DNA of 64,000 nucleotides. It comes from Candidatus Latescibacterota bacterium. GTDB lineage: Bacteria; Latescibacterota; UBA2968; UBA8231. Positions 19,245 through 28,701 of the stretch are shown here, piece after piece. The stretch covers positions 1,312,001 through 1,376,000 of the forward strand of contig CBDCXV010000001.1 in the NCBI GenBank assembly GCA_965223905.1, in the 5' to 3' direction. The first letter of the stretch is position 1; every line of letters starts with the position of its first letter. The notes under the pieces are model-generated. The model saw only the letters and a program-made list of their open reading frames with translations, was not told the origin of the DNA and made no database searches. A program made the translations under genes and the position numbers.

Positions 19245-20626
19245 GGTATCATCATCTCCTTCTGCAGGATGTCTCCCGCTATGGCGTAGGTCGTTCCGTG
19301 CATGGCGATCACCACCAGGCCGATATCCTGGGCGAGGTAGCCGCCGGCGTACAGGCCGGGGACGTCGATCGACTCGTAGCTGTGCGGGTGGGTGCGCATC
19401 TGGTGCACCTGGAACCGGTACGGGTCGTGCTTTTCGAACAGGCGCAGCCGCGGAAATCCCTGGAAAACCGAGTAATCCGGCCAGCCGCCGATCTCCTTGA
19501 CGACGTGATCGACCTCGATGCGGCGCTCGGCGCCGTTGCCGGCCAGGGTCGCCAGGATCGCTTCGCCCGACGGTTCGAATTTCGTCGCCCGCGTTTCGTA
19601 GAGCGCTTCGAACCGCCGCCGGTCCCCTTCCATGATTTCGGCGATGCGGGCGTAGTAGGGAAGGCCGCCGCGGCTGTCGCCGATGAGCCGCCAGTGCCGC
19701 TCCCGGGGCTGGCGCATCGCGTAGCAGACCTGCCTGCCGGCGTCGTGCAGCTCGGTCGCCGCCCAGTCGGCGGAGCGCCCGCCCCCGATCACGAGCACCC
19801 GCTCCCCCGGAAAATCCTTCGCCCTGTCGTAGTAGCAGTGCACGCCGGGAAGCTCTTCCCCCGGGATCCCGAGCCGCCGCAGGATGCACCGCTGCCCCGC
19901 GGCGTAGACGAGATAGCGGCAGGTGTAGCGGCGCTGCTCGCCGCCGCCGGGATCCTCGAACGGCTGCGGCACCGGGGCCGACTTGGTGCCCAGGACCTGC
20001 TGCCGGCGGTGCCAGCCGGCGACGTCCCGCGTCGTCAGCAGGAACCCCTCCTCGTGCGGCTCGATGCGCTCGACGCGCTCGTTGGTGCGCATGCGGGACT
20101 CCTGTCCGAAGCGTTCGGGAATCGCCCGGTAGTAGTCGACGAGGTGGCGCTTGAGGATCAGGTCGTTGACGTCGTCGAGGTCGACGGACCGCTCCTCGAC
20201 GTGCTGCGCCAGGGGATGGAAGGCGAGCTCCATCCACTGGCCCGGCGACAGGGTCAGCAGGTTCTGCGGGACCTTGTTCCACAGCCCGCCCACCTCCTCC
20301 TGGGTTATCAGCAGGTAGTCGAGGGCGGGGCCGCGGCGGAACTCCATGGCGATCTGCTCGAGGTTCTCGAACAGCTGTCGCGGGTGATGGAGGATGCGGA
20401 ACAGGTCGACGGGGGCCAGCTGCGAGGCAAGCCCGCGGAAGTCCATTCCCAGCAGGGTTCCCCTGGTCCGGCGCAGGAAATCGCCCAGCTGGGGATACCG
20501 CTGCCGCAGGATCGGACTCTCCCGGAAGTGCGGATGCCAGCCGCCGAGCACGACCGCAAGCGCCAGACCGGCGGGTCCGCCGCCGACGATGATGGCGGTG
20601 TGATGTTCAGGTGGCGGTGCGTTCAT
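19241..20626 (-). CDS. FAD/NAD(P)-dependent oxidoreductase, OSGIN-like
   Basis: IVGGGPAG, GGLW...LSPGQWMEL, VLVIGGGRSA and PGLYAGG motifs. Confidence 0.8.
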   Translation of the reverse strand: MNAPPPEHHTAIIVGGGPAGLALAVVLGGWHPHFRESPILRQRYPQLGDFLRRTRGTLLGMDFRGLASQLAPVDLFRILHHPRQLFENLEQIAMEFRRGPALDYLLITQEEVGGLWNKVPQNLLTLSPGQWMELAFHPLAQHVEERSVDLDDVNDLILKRHLVDYYRAIPERFGQESRMRTNERVERIEPHEEGFLLTTRDVAGWHRRQQVLGTKSAPVPQPFEDPGGGEQRRYTCRYLVYAAGQRCILRRLGIPGEELPGVHCYYDRAKDFPGERVLVIGGGRSADWAATELHDAGRQVCYAMRQPRERHWRLIGDSRGGLPYYARIAEIMEGDRRRFEALYETRATKFEPSGEAILATLAGNGAERRIEVDHVVKEIGGWPDYSVFQGFPRLRLFEKHDPYRFQVHQMRTHPHSYESIDVPGLYAGGYLAQDIGLVVIAMHGTTYAIAGDILQKEMMIP

Positions 20627-20977
20627 GGGAAAGCGGGTGCCGGCTCGGCTCCGTGGGGAGGTTGTACCGCTGTTCAAGTCTCCTTGGATAACAAATGGAG
20701 AAAACTCGCGGAACGAGACACTGGCGAGGCTTCACCCCAGACCACCGAGGCATGTCGAGGTCGTCGGAGGAAACTTGACCCAAATACAACAAAACCGCGA
20801 ACCCAAGCAGGCTAGTTGTCAGTCAATCTAGCGTTTCGGGGAAAAGGTCTATACACCTTCGTGGACATGCCGGGGCTCTTCGGGTGGCGGGCCAAAGACA
20901 TGCAGGAAACGGCCGACCAGCTTGACCTCGACACCGGGTGCGCGAACCTTCAACCGATACTGGCCACCTCGCCGGCA

Positions 20978-21231
20978 AAAAAATCGCGTTTGTGTCAGAC
21001 CGTGATGGAAACTTCGAGATAAATGTCAGTGATCTTGGTTGGGCCAACGCGGTAAGGCTGACTGACCAGGAGGGGGCGGATCGCCATCCTGAGTGGTCTC
21101 TGGACGGTAGAAGCATCTGTATCGTGTCGGACCGTCCGGAGCCGATTCAGGAACTTGAAATGGAGGTGCAGCAATGAAGGCGAAGTGGGTGCGTGTCTTG
21201 ACACTGGCATCCTGCCTGGTCTTCTCCGGTC
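20978..21231 (+). repeat. Copy 1 of a ~250-bp module: PD40/TolB gene fragment plus a signal-peptide start
   Basis: KIAFVSDRDGNFEI...HPEWSLDGR, then MKAKWVRVLTLASCLVFSG. Second copy at 22993-23057 plus 24461-24657. Confidence 0.85.
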
Positions 21232-22853
21232 CGGCCAAGATCTTCTCGCAACTGGCGGCGCCATCCGCATAACCCTTGCCAAGCCGGTGTTTCGAGCGCA
21301 GTTCATCCTCGCTATCGGACCCTGAGGCGGATACGACCGTCGATCTGTCATCATCCCACAGCGACTACTATTACCATTACGGATTCCACGCAGGATCCTT
21401 GCGGTCCGAGGTTGCGCTCCCGATTTACCATCCCGACCCGGATCATCTCTGGAATCGGTTGTTCGCGACTTTTTACATACGCAAGGTGGAGCCCCGGCGA
21501 GGGGGGCCCGGCTATTACGCTCCGATCGGGTACACTCCGAGCGAGCCGGGAATTGACCACAGGACGAATATCCCTGTGGAGCTTCCCATTTCCCACCGCG
21601 AGAAATGGGACCGGACGTACAACGACGAGGCGAATCTTCGGATCGAAGGCGGTGATGTCCTGGATCCGCCTCTCGAGCCTCATCCTGACACTCTCCTCGA
21701 GGGAGAGCATTTCACGGCGGCTCGCGAGGTCCTCGACGAGTTTCTACTCGCTGACGGGGCAGCTCTCGTGACCGACCCGGTGAAGCGGGTCATGCTGCAA
21801 CGCGATCTGTGGCACGTCTTTGATTACATGCAAAGGATCGCCTACTTGCCTGACGACGGTAGACGGAGACTCACCGCCGAGCAAAAGGGGAGGAGACAGC
21901 AGCTCGAGATCAGGATCGCGAAAGTCATGGCGTCTGTGGCCCTGACGGGTGATCAGATCGAGACACTGCCGGACACCTATGAGGATGCTGTCCGAAGTGG
22001 GCGATTCGTCTCCAGCCACGACGGCAGGCTCGGGGTTCCCTATCTGCCATCGGCTCTATTCGATTTTTCCAGCGATTGGATCGAAATCAAGACGAACCCA
22101 AGATGGGGCACACCGCCCTGGGTTTTCATCCACAGCGGGTGGCTCGGCCTCGACGGGCGGGCGTGGTTTCGCGGGTTTCTCCGATTTCCGGCAGAATTCG
22201 GTGGCCGAGCAGCCACCCGGAGCTATCTAGAGAACATTCGGTTTGAAGATCCGCCACGGCCCCCAGATGTGCCAGCCGGCACCGAGGCGGCATTGGTGCG
22301 AATCCTATTGACGATCAGCCAGGACGGGGAGATCGTGCCGACCCGTATCGTGGAACAGGTCCAGGTGCGAGTGCTGCAACACGTAGACGGAGAAAAGCAC
22401 CCCGACACGGACTCCGGATACGGTCAAAACCTATTTCAGCACGAGCTCATTCGAAGAGCCCTGTTTTCGAGCGCTGACAGTGGAGGCCTCCGCCACGTCT
22501 CCAATGAGGAGCCGCGCCACTGGTTTGGTGGGTGGCCGTTTTCGATGCTCTCGAGTCACGGGCCCGGACAACTCGTCCCCCTCCGTCAGACCTGCATTCA
22601 ATGCCACAAGCTCTGGGTTGACAAGGATACCTTCCCCGGTGGAAGCGTGAGTCATAGGCTCCAGCAATCGGGCGTAAAAAGACTGCCGGACGACTTTCCC
22701 TTCGGGAAATGGTCCCTGAGGTTTTCTCTGCAAGACGGGCCAATGCCAGTGTCGCCGGCAGAGGTTTCAGACCTCGCGGAGCTGGTCATCGCACACAAAA
22801 AATCGAGGAGAAACTTTCGGCACTTGATGGCGTACATGAAGGCTGAGGGATGA
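21174..22853 (+). pseudogene. Exported hypothetical protein with one CxxCH motif; an in-frame TAA (21270) follows the signal peptide
   Basis: ATG 21174 is in frame with ORF 21276..22853. CIQCH at 22593-22607. Confidence 0.6.
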
Positions 22854-23057
22854 ATCGAGAATGGGAGGAAATGCGTTTCTCTCACGCAATCGATAACGTG
22901 TCGAATGGCCCTAAAGACACCCAAAAAGTGGCGGTCGTCGGTCTTATAAACCGCACGACCAGGTTGCTCAGTATTCTGCGCCCCGACGGCTCAAAAATCG
23001 CATTTGTGTCAGACCGTGATGGGAACTTCGAGATATATGTCAGTGATCCTGGTGGGG

Positions 23058-24460
23058 GAGGTCACGTCAAGAGGTGTGTAAATTAAATGAGATCAGGCGG
23101 CCTTCAACCTTCTCTTGGTGGATGTTCCTTTGTTCTTGATGGGTTTCCCATCCTGGTATTGTTGTCCGGCGTAGACGAGGGGCAGTAATTCGGGCGCATT
23201 GAGTTTTCGAAAGCGTTTTTCTGCCACCATCAACACACGCCAAATCAGAGCGGTCGCTCCCTGGACGCGTTTGTAGCGTTTTCCGGCATTAGTCCTCAAG
23301 CGTACCGAAGCAAAGGGGCTCTCGACCGGATTGGTTGTGCGCAGGTGTTTCCAGTGCTCCTTGGGAAAGTCGTAGAAGGTGACCATGCGCTCCCAGTCGC
23401 GTTCGAGGGTGGCTACCGCCTGCGGATACCGGTCGCGGTAGCGGCGGGCAAACGTGGTACGTCGTTTCTCGGCCTCCTGGCGCGTCTCGGCCGAAGGGAT
23501 CTGCGTCAGCAACGCCCGAGCCTTTCCCTGAACCCGCTTCGGCAGGTCATCGAGCACGTTGAGGATCTTGTGATTCCAGCAGCGCTGGTGCGATGCCTGC
23601 GGCCACACCTGTTCGGTGGCGCTCCAAATTGGGAGGCCCCCGTCGGCCATCAACAGCAGCGGGGCCCGCAGACCCCGATCGCGCAGGTCGCGCAGGACCT
23701 TCAGCCAGGACTCCGTCGACTCGCGGTGGCCGGGCCACACGGCCAGTACCTCTTTCCGGCCATCACTCATGGCGCCGATGACGACCAGCAGGGCCGCCTT
23801 GTCCTTCTCCAACCCGGCCTTGACGTAGATGCCATCCGCCCACGCATACACCAGTTCGCGGTCGTCGAGACGTCGCTCTCGCCAAGTCTCCAGCTCCTCC
23901 TCCCACTGCGCCCGCAGCCGGCCAATGGACGAAGCCGACAGGGGAGCGCCGTTGCCCAAAAGCCCCCGCAAAGCCAGTTCGAAGTCACCCTGAGACAGCC
24001 CGTGCAGGTAGAGCTCGGGCAACATCCGGGTCACCTCGTGGGTACGGCGCATGAACAGCGGCAGAATACGACTCTCAAAGCGCTCTTCCAATCCCCGAAC
24101 GCGCGGCCGTCTCACCTCGATGGTGCCCGACATCAACGACACCTGTCGCAGTTTGCCGTGTCCGTTGCGGGAGCCGGGGGTGCCGTCTACGGCGGACCGT
24201 CGCTGGTAGCGCGTCCGCCCCAGAAACTCCGTCACCTCCTCCTCCAGAACCCGTTGCAACAGATCCTGGATCGAGGATCGGGCCCAGTTTTCCAACGTGG
24301 CGAACGTGGGCATGGCCGGGGCTACAGATTCCAGCGTAGATTCTCTCATGGCGACTCTCTCCTTCCGTGCCCGGAGGCTACCGGGCGGTTTTGGTTGGAA
24401 CTGTATAATGGAAGGTTAGGGTCGCCTTTTCTCTTTTTCCACACCTATTGAAGGTAGCTC
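23058..24460 (-). mobile_element. IS256 family insertion sequence, complete
   Basis: Imperfect terminal inverted repeats (GAGGTCACGTCAAGAGGTGTGTAAA / GAGCTACCTTCAATAGGTGTGGAAA). 8-bp target duplication TGGTGGGG at 23050-23057 and 24461-24468. Confidence 0.93.
23093..24349 (-). CDS. IS256 family transposase
   Basis: WADGIY, MADG, QRCWNHK and RTTNPVES motifs. Confidence 0.95.
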   Translation of the reverse strand: MRESTLESVAPAMPTFATLENWARSSIQDLLQRVLEEEVTEFLGRTRYQRRSAVDGTPGSRNGHGKLRQVSLMSGTIEVRRPRVRGLEERFESRILPLFMRRTHEVTRMLPELYLHGLSQGDFELALRGLLGNGAPLSASSIGRLRAQWEEELETWRERRLDDRELVYAWADGIYVKAGLEKDKAALLVVIGAMSDGRKEVLAVWPGHRESTESWLKVLRDLRDRGLRAPLLLMADGGLPIWSATEQVWPQASHQRCWNHKILNVLDDLPKRVQGKARALLTQIPSAETRQEAEKRRTTFARRYRDRYPQAVATLERDWERMVTFYDFPKEHWKHLRTTNPVESPFASVRLRTNAGKRYKRVQGATALIWRVLMVAEKRFRKLNAPELLPLVYAGQQYQDGKPIKNKGTSTKRRLKAA

Positions 24461-24599
24461 TGGTGGGGATATAACGCGGTAAGGCTGACTGACCAGGGGG
24501 GGCGGATCGCCATCCTGTCTGGTCTCCGGACGGGAGAAGCATCTGTTTCGTGTCGAACCGTCCGGAGCCGATGCAGGAACTTGAAAAGGGGGTGCAGCA

Positions 24600-25477
24600 A
24601 TGAGGGCGAAGTGGATACGTGTCTTGACGCTGGCATCCGGCCTGGTCTTCTCCGGTCAGGTGCACGGACATTTCGGCGACAGGATCTTGCCCATACTCGA
24701 AATCACCGATGGCATGCTCGCACAGATCGAGCTGGACGGATTGATCGATGAGTGGCCGGAAGTATATGGGGAGCCGACACTCACGCCATTGGATTTCTCC
24801 AGATATCATTACGATCCTGCGGATCTGGATTTCCGCGTATGGCTGGGCTTGCACGACGCCACGGATCGGATATACGTGGGGGCGGTGTTTTTGACGACTC
24901 ATATTGGACGGACTACAAGGAAGCAGATCCCCGGGGATGGTGGGATGAGGACAGTATGGAACTGGTAATCGATGGCGACCATAGCGGTGGAAATTTTTTG
25001 ATGGATGATCATGGGGATCTTACTCTGGAAACCTACAGTCTGGCGCAACCTTACGACGCCATCGCGAGCATCCCGGTTGGACCGAACGTGGGGATTCGGG
25101 GCGTAAGCCTCATGTTCGATATAAGAGAGCCGGTCTACGATTGGATGGTGAAGCCGCCGTACAGTGAGGGCAGCGGTGGGGTGTACGGCGAGAATCCGAC
25201 CGTCTCGGTCATTGAATTCTATGTCACGCCATTCGATGCCATTTCCTGGGATGATCCGCAAGAGAGCTTCGTATCGGATCTGCAGGCAGGTAAGGTGATC
25301 GGCTTGGAGGTCTGGGTATTTGATGTCGACCCGGGCAAGCGTATCCGGGACCCGCATTTGGCAAATGGAGTAGGCTTTAGATGGGCGGACGGCTTTGCCG
25401 ATGGCGTCTTGATCGGGGCCTCGGACACTGCTGTGCGCGAGGATTCCTGGGGGTGGATCAAGGACTCCTTGAGGTGA
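24600..25477 (+). pseudogene. Exported CBM9/sugar-binding-like protein with an SWGxIK tail; frameshift at the T-run 24888-24892
   Basis: Signal peptide, LDGLIDEW and DPADLDFRVWLG in one frame; DDSYW, IDGDHSGG and DTAVREDSWGWIK in the next. Paralog of 49460..50350. Confidence 0.7.
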
Positions 25478-25702
25478 GATGTACTACCCGACTCACGGAA
25501 TCCACGACACCCGGGCAGAATAGAGATGGGAGATTCAGTCCTTTATCCCTCTCCCGTAATCCCTTTGGAATGTGCTCGCGAGCGCGGGTCGCCGCTGAGA
25601 CTACAACGCAGGCAGAAGACCCAGGCACGCGCCCTCCCAACGCCGCATTCGGCCGGGGACCTGAGAAAACGGTCCCCCGTCAACTACGAGAGATGTCACC
25701 GA

Positions 25703-28648
25703 TCAGGGGGTTGATCCAAAGGGAAAACTGCCCGTGAAACCGGGGACTCCCGGGAAATTCACCACCACTCTGAAGTGCGAATCTCCCTCTTTGAAACGGT
25801 GGGCGTAACGCAGGCCCATTTCCAGCGGAATCGGCAGTGCAAAGGGAGAGAAATTGGCCGTCAGTTCGGCGCCGGCCGTTTGGTAGGTGGTGTGCCGGGA
25901 GCTGTCCTCGCCGCGGCCGTAGTCGTAAAAGAAATTGACCTTGACGCGCTGCAGGTACACCAGCGCTCCCAGGTTCCAGTCCGGGTAGAACAGCGGCAGG
26001 GCATAGTCGGCCTTCCCCTGGAAAAAGCGGCGGTGGAAGCGGTAGTCGTAGCCGCGGACAAAGGGCTGTTCGCTTGCAAAGCGGTAGGGAAGGGCATCGG
26101 CCCCGGCGGGATCCTGCCACTCGTAAGCACCCTCCAGCCGCAGGCTGTGGTGGGCCGCCAGACCGGGAAAGAGCAGTCGCAGCCGCCCCGACAGCAAGGT
26201 GCCGTGGTAGTCGCCCGCAAAGGGCGTGTGGCGGTAGGTCAACTGCAGGCTCTGACCCCAGGCCGGGGCCAGGTCGCGTGTCGCCGAGTGGCGAGCCCGC
26301 GCGAAGGCCAGCCGGTACGTCAGCGGCGCAAAGCGTCCGTTGTGGTTTCTTGTGGACACGTCTCTTGCTTCCTGGTTCCCGCTGCCTGCATCGGGCCAAT
26401 AGAGGTCGTCCTCGGGTCGATGGAGGTCGTCCCTGTCGGCGATATCGGTCCATTCCGCCTTTGCGCTCAATCGGATGGAAGACTGCCAGGGGCCGCGGGA
26501 CAGATTCAAGGGCAGCCCGACGCCGGCACTCAGGCTTTTCTCGCTCCACCTGTCCGTTTCCTCTTTCTCCTTGACCTCGAGGCTGCCGCCTTCCATTTCC
26601 CGGGTTTTGATCACGTACTCTCCGACCCTCTCGCCCCAGCTCCCCCCCACGCTGAGAATGGGATGCCATGCGGCCAGGCTGAAATTGCCCAAGGCACTGA
26701 AAGCGCTCTCGTTGCTGTTGTACTCGACCCCGCCGCTCATGCTGCTGAGATCGAGCAGATCGTTGGACTTGAGATTGAGGGCATAGCTCGGCGGCAAGGG
26801 ACGGAAAGACCAGCTGTGGACCTTGAGCAGGTTGCCCAGCGGCCGATAGCCGCTCACCGGATAGACCCGCTGCGGAATGTCCGCCAACACAGGGCCGCCC
26901 TGCTCCTGGTCGATCAGCGGTTCGAAATAGCGCACCTGGCGGTCCGCGACCTGCTCGACCGGCGTCCAGGTAGCCGGGTCCAGGGGCATGGCCGCGATGC
27001 GGTAGCCGTCAACGGTGTACTCCTGGAACAGGAGCGAATCGCCGGCCACCGCGGCGTGGGTGGCCGCCAGCGGTCGAGAGGTCACCCGGTAGCGGGTCCC
27101 GCTCGGCAGGTGGACGGCGTGGATGTTGTCGATGCCCCCAAAAGGTGCGTCGAACAGCAGGTAGGAATTCCAGAAGACCGGCCAGCCGATATCGGCGCGG
27201 GTGTGCGGCAACACGATCTGCCCGTGGCCATTTGCAGCGTCAATGCGCTCGAGGGCGTTGCCGCGTTCGTCCTGCCGCACCACGGCAATATGGCGTCCGT
27301 CCTCCGACCACGCCGGCGTGCGCCAGAAAACCCCGTCCGCTGCGGGGAACCGGGCTTGCTCGGCACCGCTGGCGGTCTCCAACAGCACGAGGTGGCAGCG
27401 CCGGTCCGGTCCGAAGTCAACGGCGGCGACGAGCGCCCCATCAGCAGAAGGAGCCGGGGCGAACAACCTGGCCTTGTGGGTGAGTTGGCGCGTCCGGCCG
27501 TTGTCGATGTCCAGTACCACCACGTCGGAGTAGTTGCGAAAGCCCCAACGCCGATCCGGGGTGGAGCGGTTCCAGGCCGCTTTGCCGCCGGCTGCGCGGA
27601 TGCTGCCGAGCGATTGGTAATAGCGCACGCGCTCCTCGCGGCCGTCGGAGTGCAGCCTCACCAGCGTCGCCGGGTCGGCCAGGCCGCTCTTGCTCGCCAG
27701 TACGCTGCCGTCGGCCAGCGGGTGCGGGTATCCGTAGTTGGTCCAGACGTCCGACCTGCTCTGCCCGGCGAGGACTCGCAGTGGCGTCGTGGCCAGGTCT
27801 TCCTGCCGGGTCTGCCACAGGGCGGTCAACTCGTCCATCGTCCGCTCGTAGGTCCGGGCGGCGCTGGCCCCGGTGTACTTCCTTAGCGCACGGCTGAAGG
27901 AAAAGGGGTGGAACCCCCACCTGACGGTGCGGCCCAGCACCTTGTCCCACGTCTCGGCACCATGGTGGCGCTTGACGTAGGTCGTCAGGAAATACCCCAG
28001 CTGGTAGTGACCGGGGTACCAATCGCGGTACGAGCCGTGGTGGACCTTGTAGTAGGAATAGCGCCTTCCCGCCAGGAGCAAGGCCCGGATGTGCAGACCG
28101 AACCGGGGTATGCGCCCGCGCCCGGTCTGGCTCAGCGCCGTCTCCACCCCTACCGCATCCCCTTCCCAGAACCACGGCGGCACCAACAGAGACGCCAAGG
28201 CTTGGCCCTGTTCGCCGAAAAAGAGCCAGGCCAGGCGCACCAGGCCCCGGCGCATGCGATCGGACTGCACCACGTGACGCATTTCGTGGACCGCCAGCAA
28301 CTGGTACCAATCGCCGCTCAACCGCCCCGCGTTCTGAGGAGGGGTGCTGAACCACACGCTGCGGCGCGGTGCCAGGGCGACAAAACCGTTGGGCTGAGCC
28401 GACTGGTTGACCAGCACCACATCCAGCGGCTTTTGCGGACCCCTCAGCGTCTTGGAGACCGGTCCGTAGATGTGTTCGAGCGTGTTGGCTACGCGCTGGG
28501 CATCGGCGGTGATCTGCGCGGGGAAGATGACGTTGAATCGCTCCGTTTGGATTCGCCGCCAGTCCAGGCCCGGGGGACTTTGCTGCGCGAACGACGGGCC
28601 GGCGATCAGCGCCGCCAGCGCGACTGCGGTCAGCATCTTCGTTGTCAT
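25703..28648 (-). CDS. Large exported protein: HExxH metallopeptidase-like domain, TolB-like propeller and beta-barrel-like C-terminus
   Basis: Signal peptide, AVHEMRHVVQ...PPWFWEGDAV, FAPAPSADG and TPAWSEDG repeats, and aromatic beta-strand C-terminus. Confidence 0.75.
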   Translation of the reverse strand: MTTKMLTAVALAALIAGPSFAQQSPPGLDWRRIQTERFNVIFPAQITADAQRVANTLEHIYGPVSKTLRGPQKPLDVVLVNQSAQPNGFVALAPRRSVWFSTPPQNAGRLSGDWYQLLAVHEMRHVVQSDRMRRGLVRLAWLFFGEQGQALASLLVPPWFWEGDAVGVETALSQTGRGRIPRFGLHIRALLLAGRRYSYYKVHHGSYRDWYPGHYQLGYFLTTYVKRHHGAETWDKVLGRTVRWGFHPFSFSRALRKYTGASAARTYERTMDELTALWQTRQEDLATTPLRVLAGQSRSDVWTNYGYPHPLADGSVLASKSGLADPATLVRLHSDGREERVRYYQSLGSIRAAGGKAAWNRSTPDRRWGFRNYSDVVVLDIDNGRTRQLTHKARLFAPAPSADGALVAAVDFGPDRRCHLVLLETASGAEQARFPAADGVFWRTPAWSEDGRHIAVVRQDERGNALERIDAANGHGQIVLPHTRADIGWPVFWNSYLLFDAPFGGIDNIHAVHLPSGTRYRVTSRPLAATHAAVAGDSLLFQEYTVDGYRIAAMPLDPATWTPVEQVADRQVRYFEPLIDQEQGGPVLADIPQRVYPVSGYRPLGNLLKVHSWSFRPLPPSYALNLKSNDLLDLSSMSGGVEYNSNESAFSALGNFSLAAWHPILSVGGSWGERVGEYVIKTREMEGGSLEVKEKEETDRWSEKSLSAGVGLPLNLSRGPWQSSIRLSAKAEWTDIADRDDLHRPEDDLYWPDAGSGNQEARDVSTRNHNGRFAPLTYRLAFARARHSATRDLAPAWGQSLQLTYRHTPFAGDYHGTLLSGRLRLLFPGLAAHHSLRLEGAYEWQDPAGADALPYRFASEQPFVRGYDYRFHRRFFQGKADYALPLFYPDWNLGALVYLQRVKVNFFYDYGRGEDSSRHTTYQTAGAELTANFSPFALPIPLEMGLRYAHRFKEGDSHFRVVVNFPGVPGFTGSFPFGSTP

Positions 28649-28701
28649 GGAATTCCCTCAGACGTTGGTGAAACTGAACGCATGTTTTTGCTTGGAGGAT
28701 C

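Noticed and set aside
18348-20282. 644-aa extended amidohydrolase
   Set aside because: The extension overlaps the flavoprotein gene in another frame; the real start is 19244.
22850-23086. Independent 78-aa gene
   Set aside because: It is a chimera of a PD40 fragment and the IS256 end.
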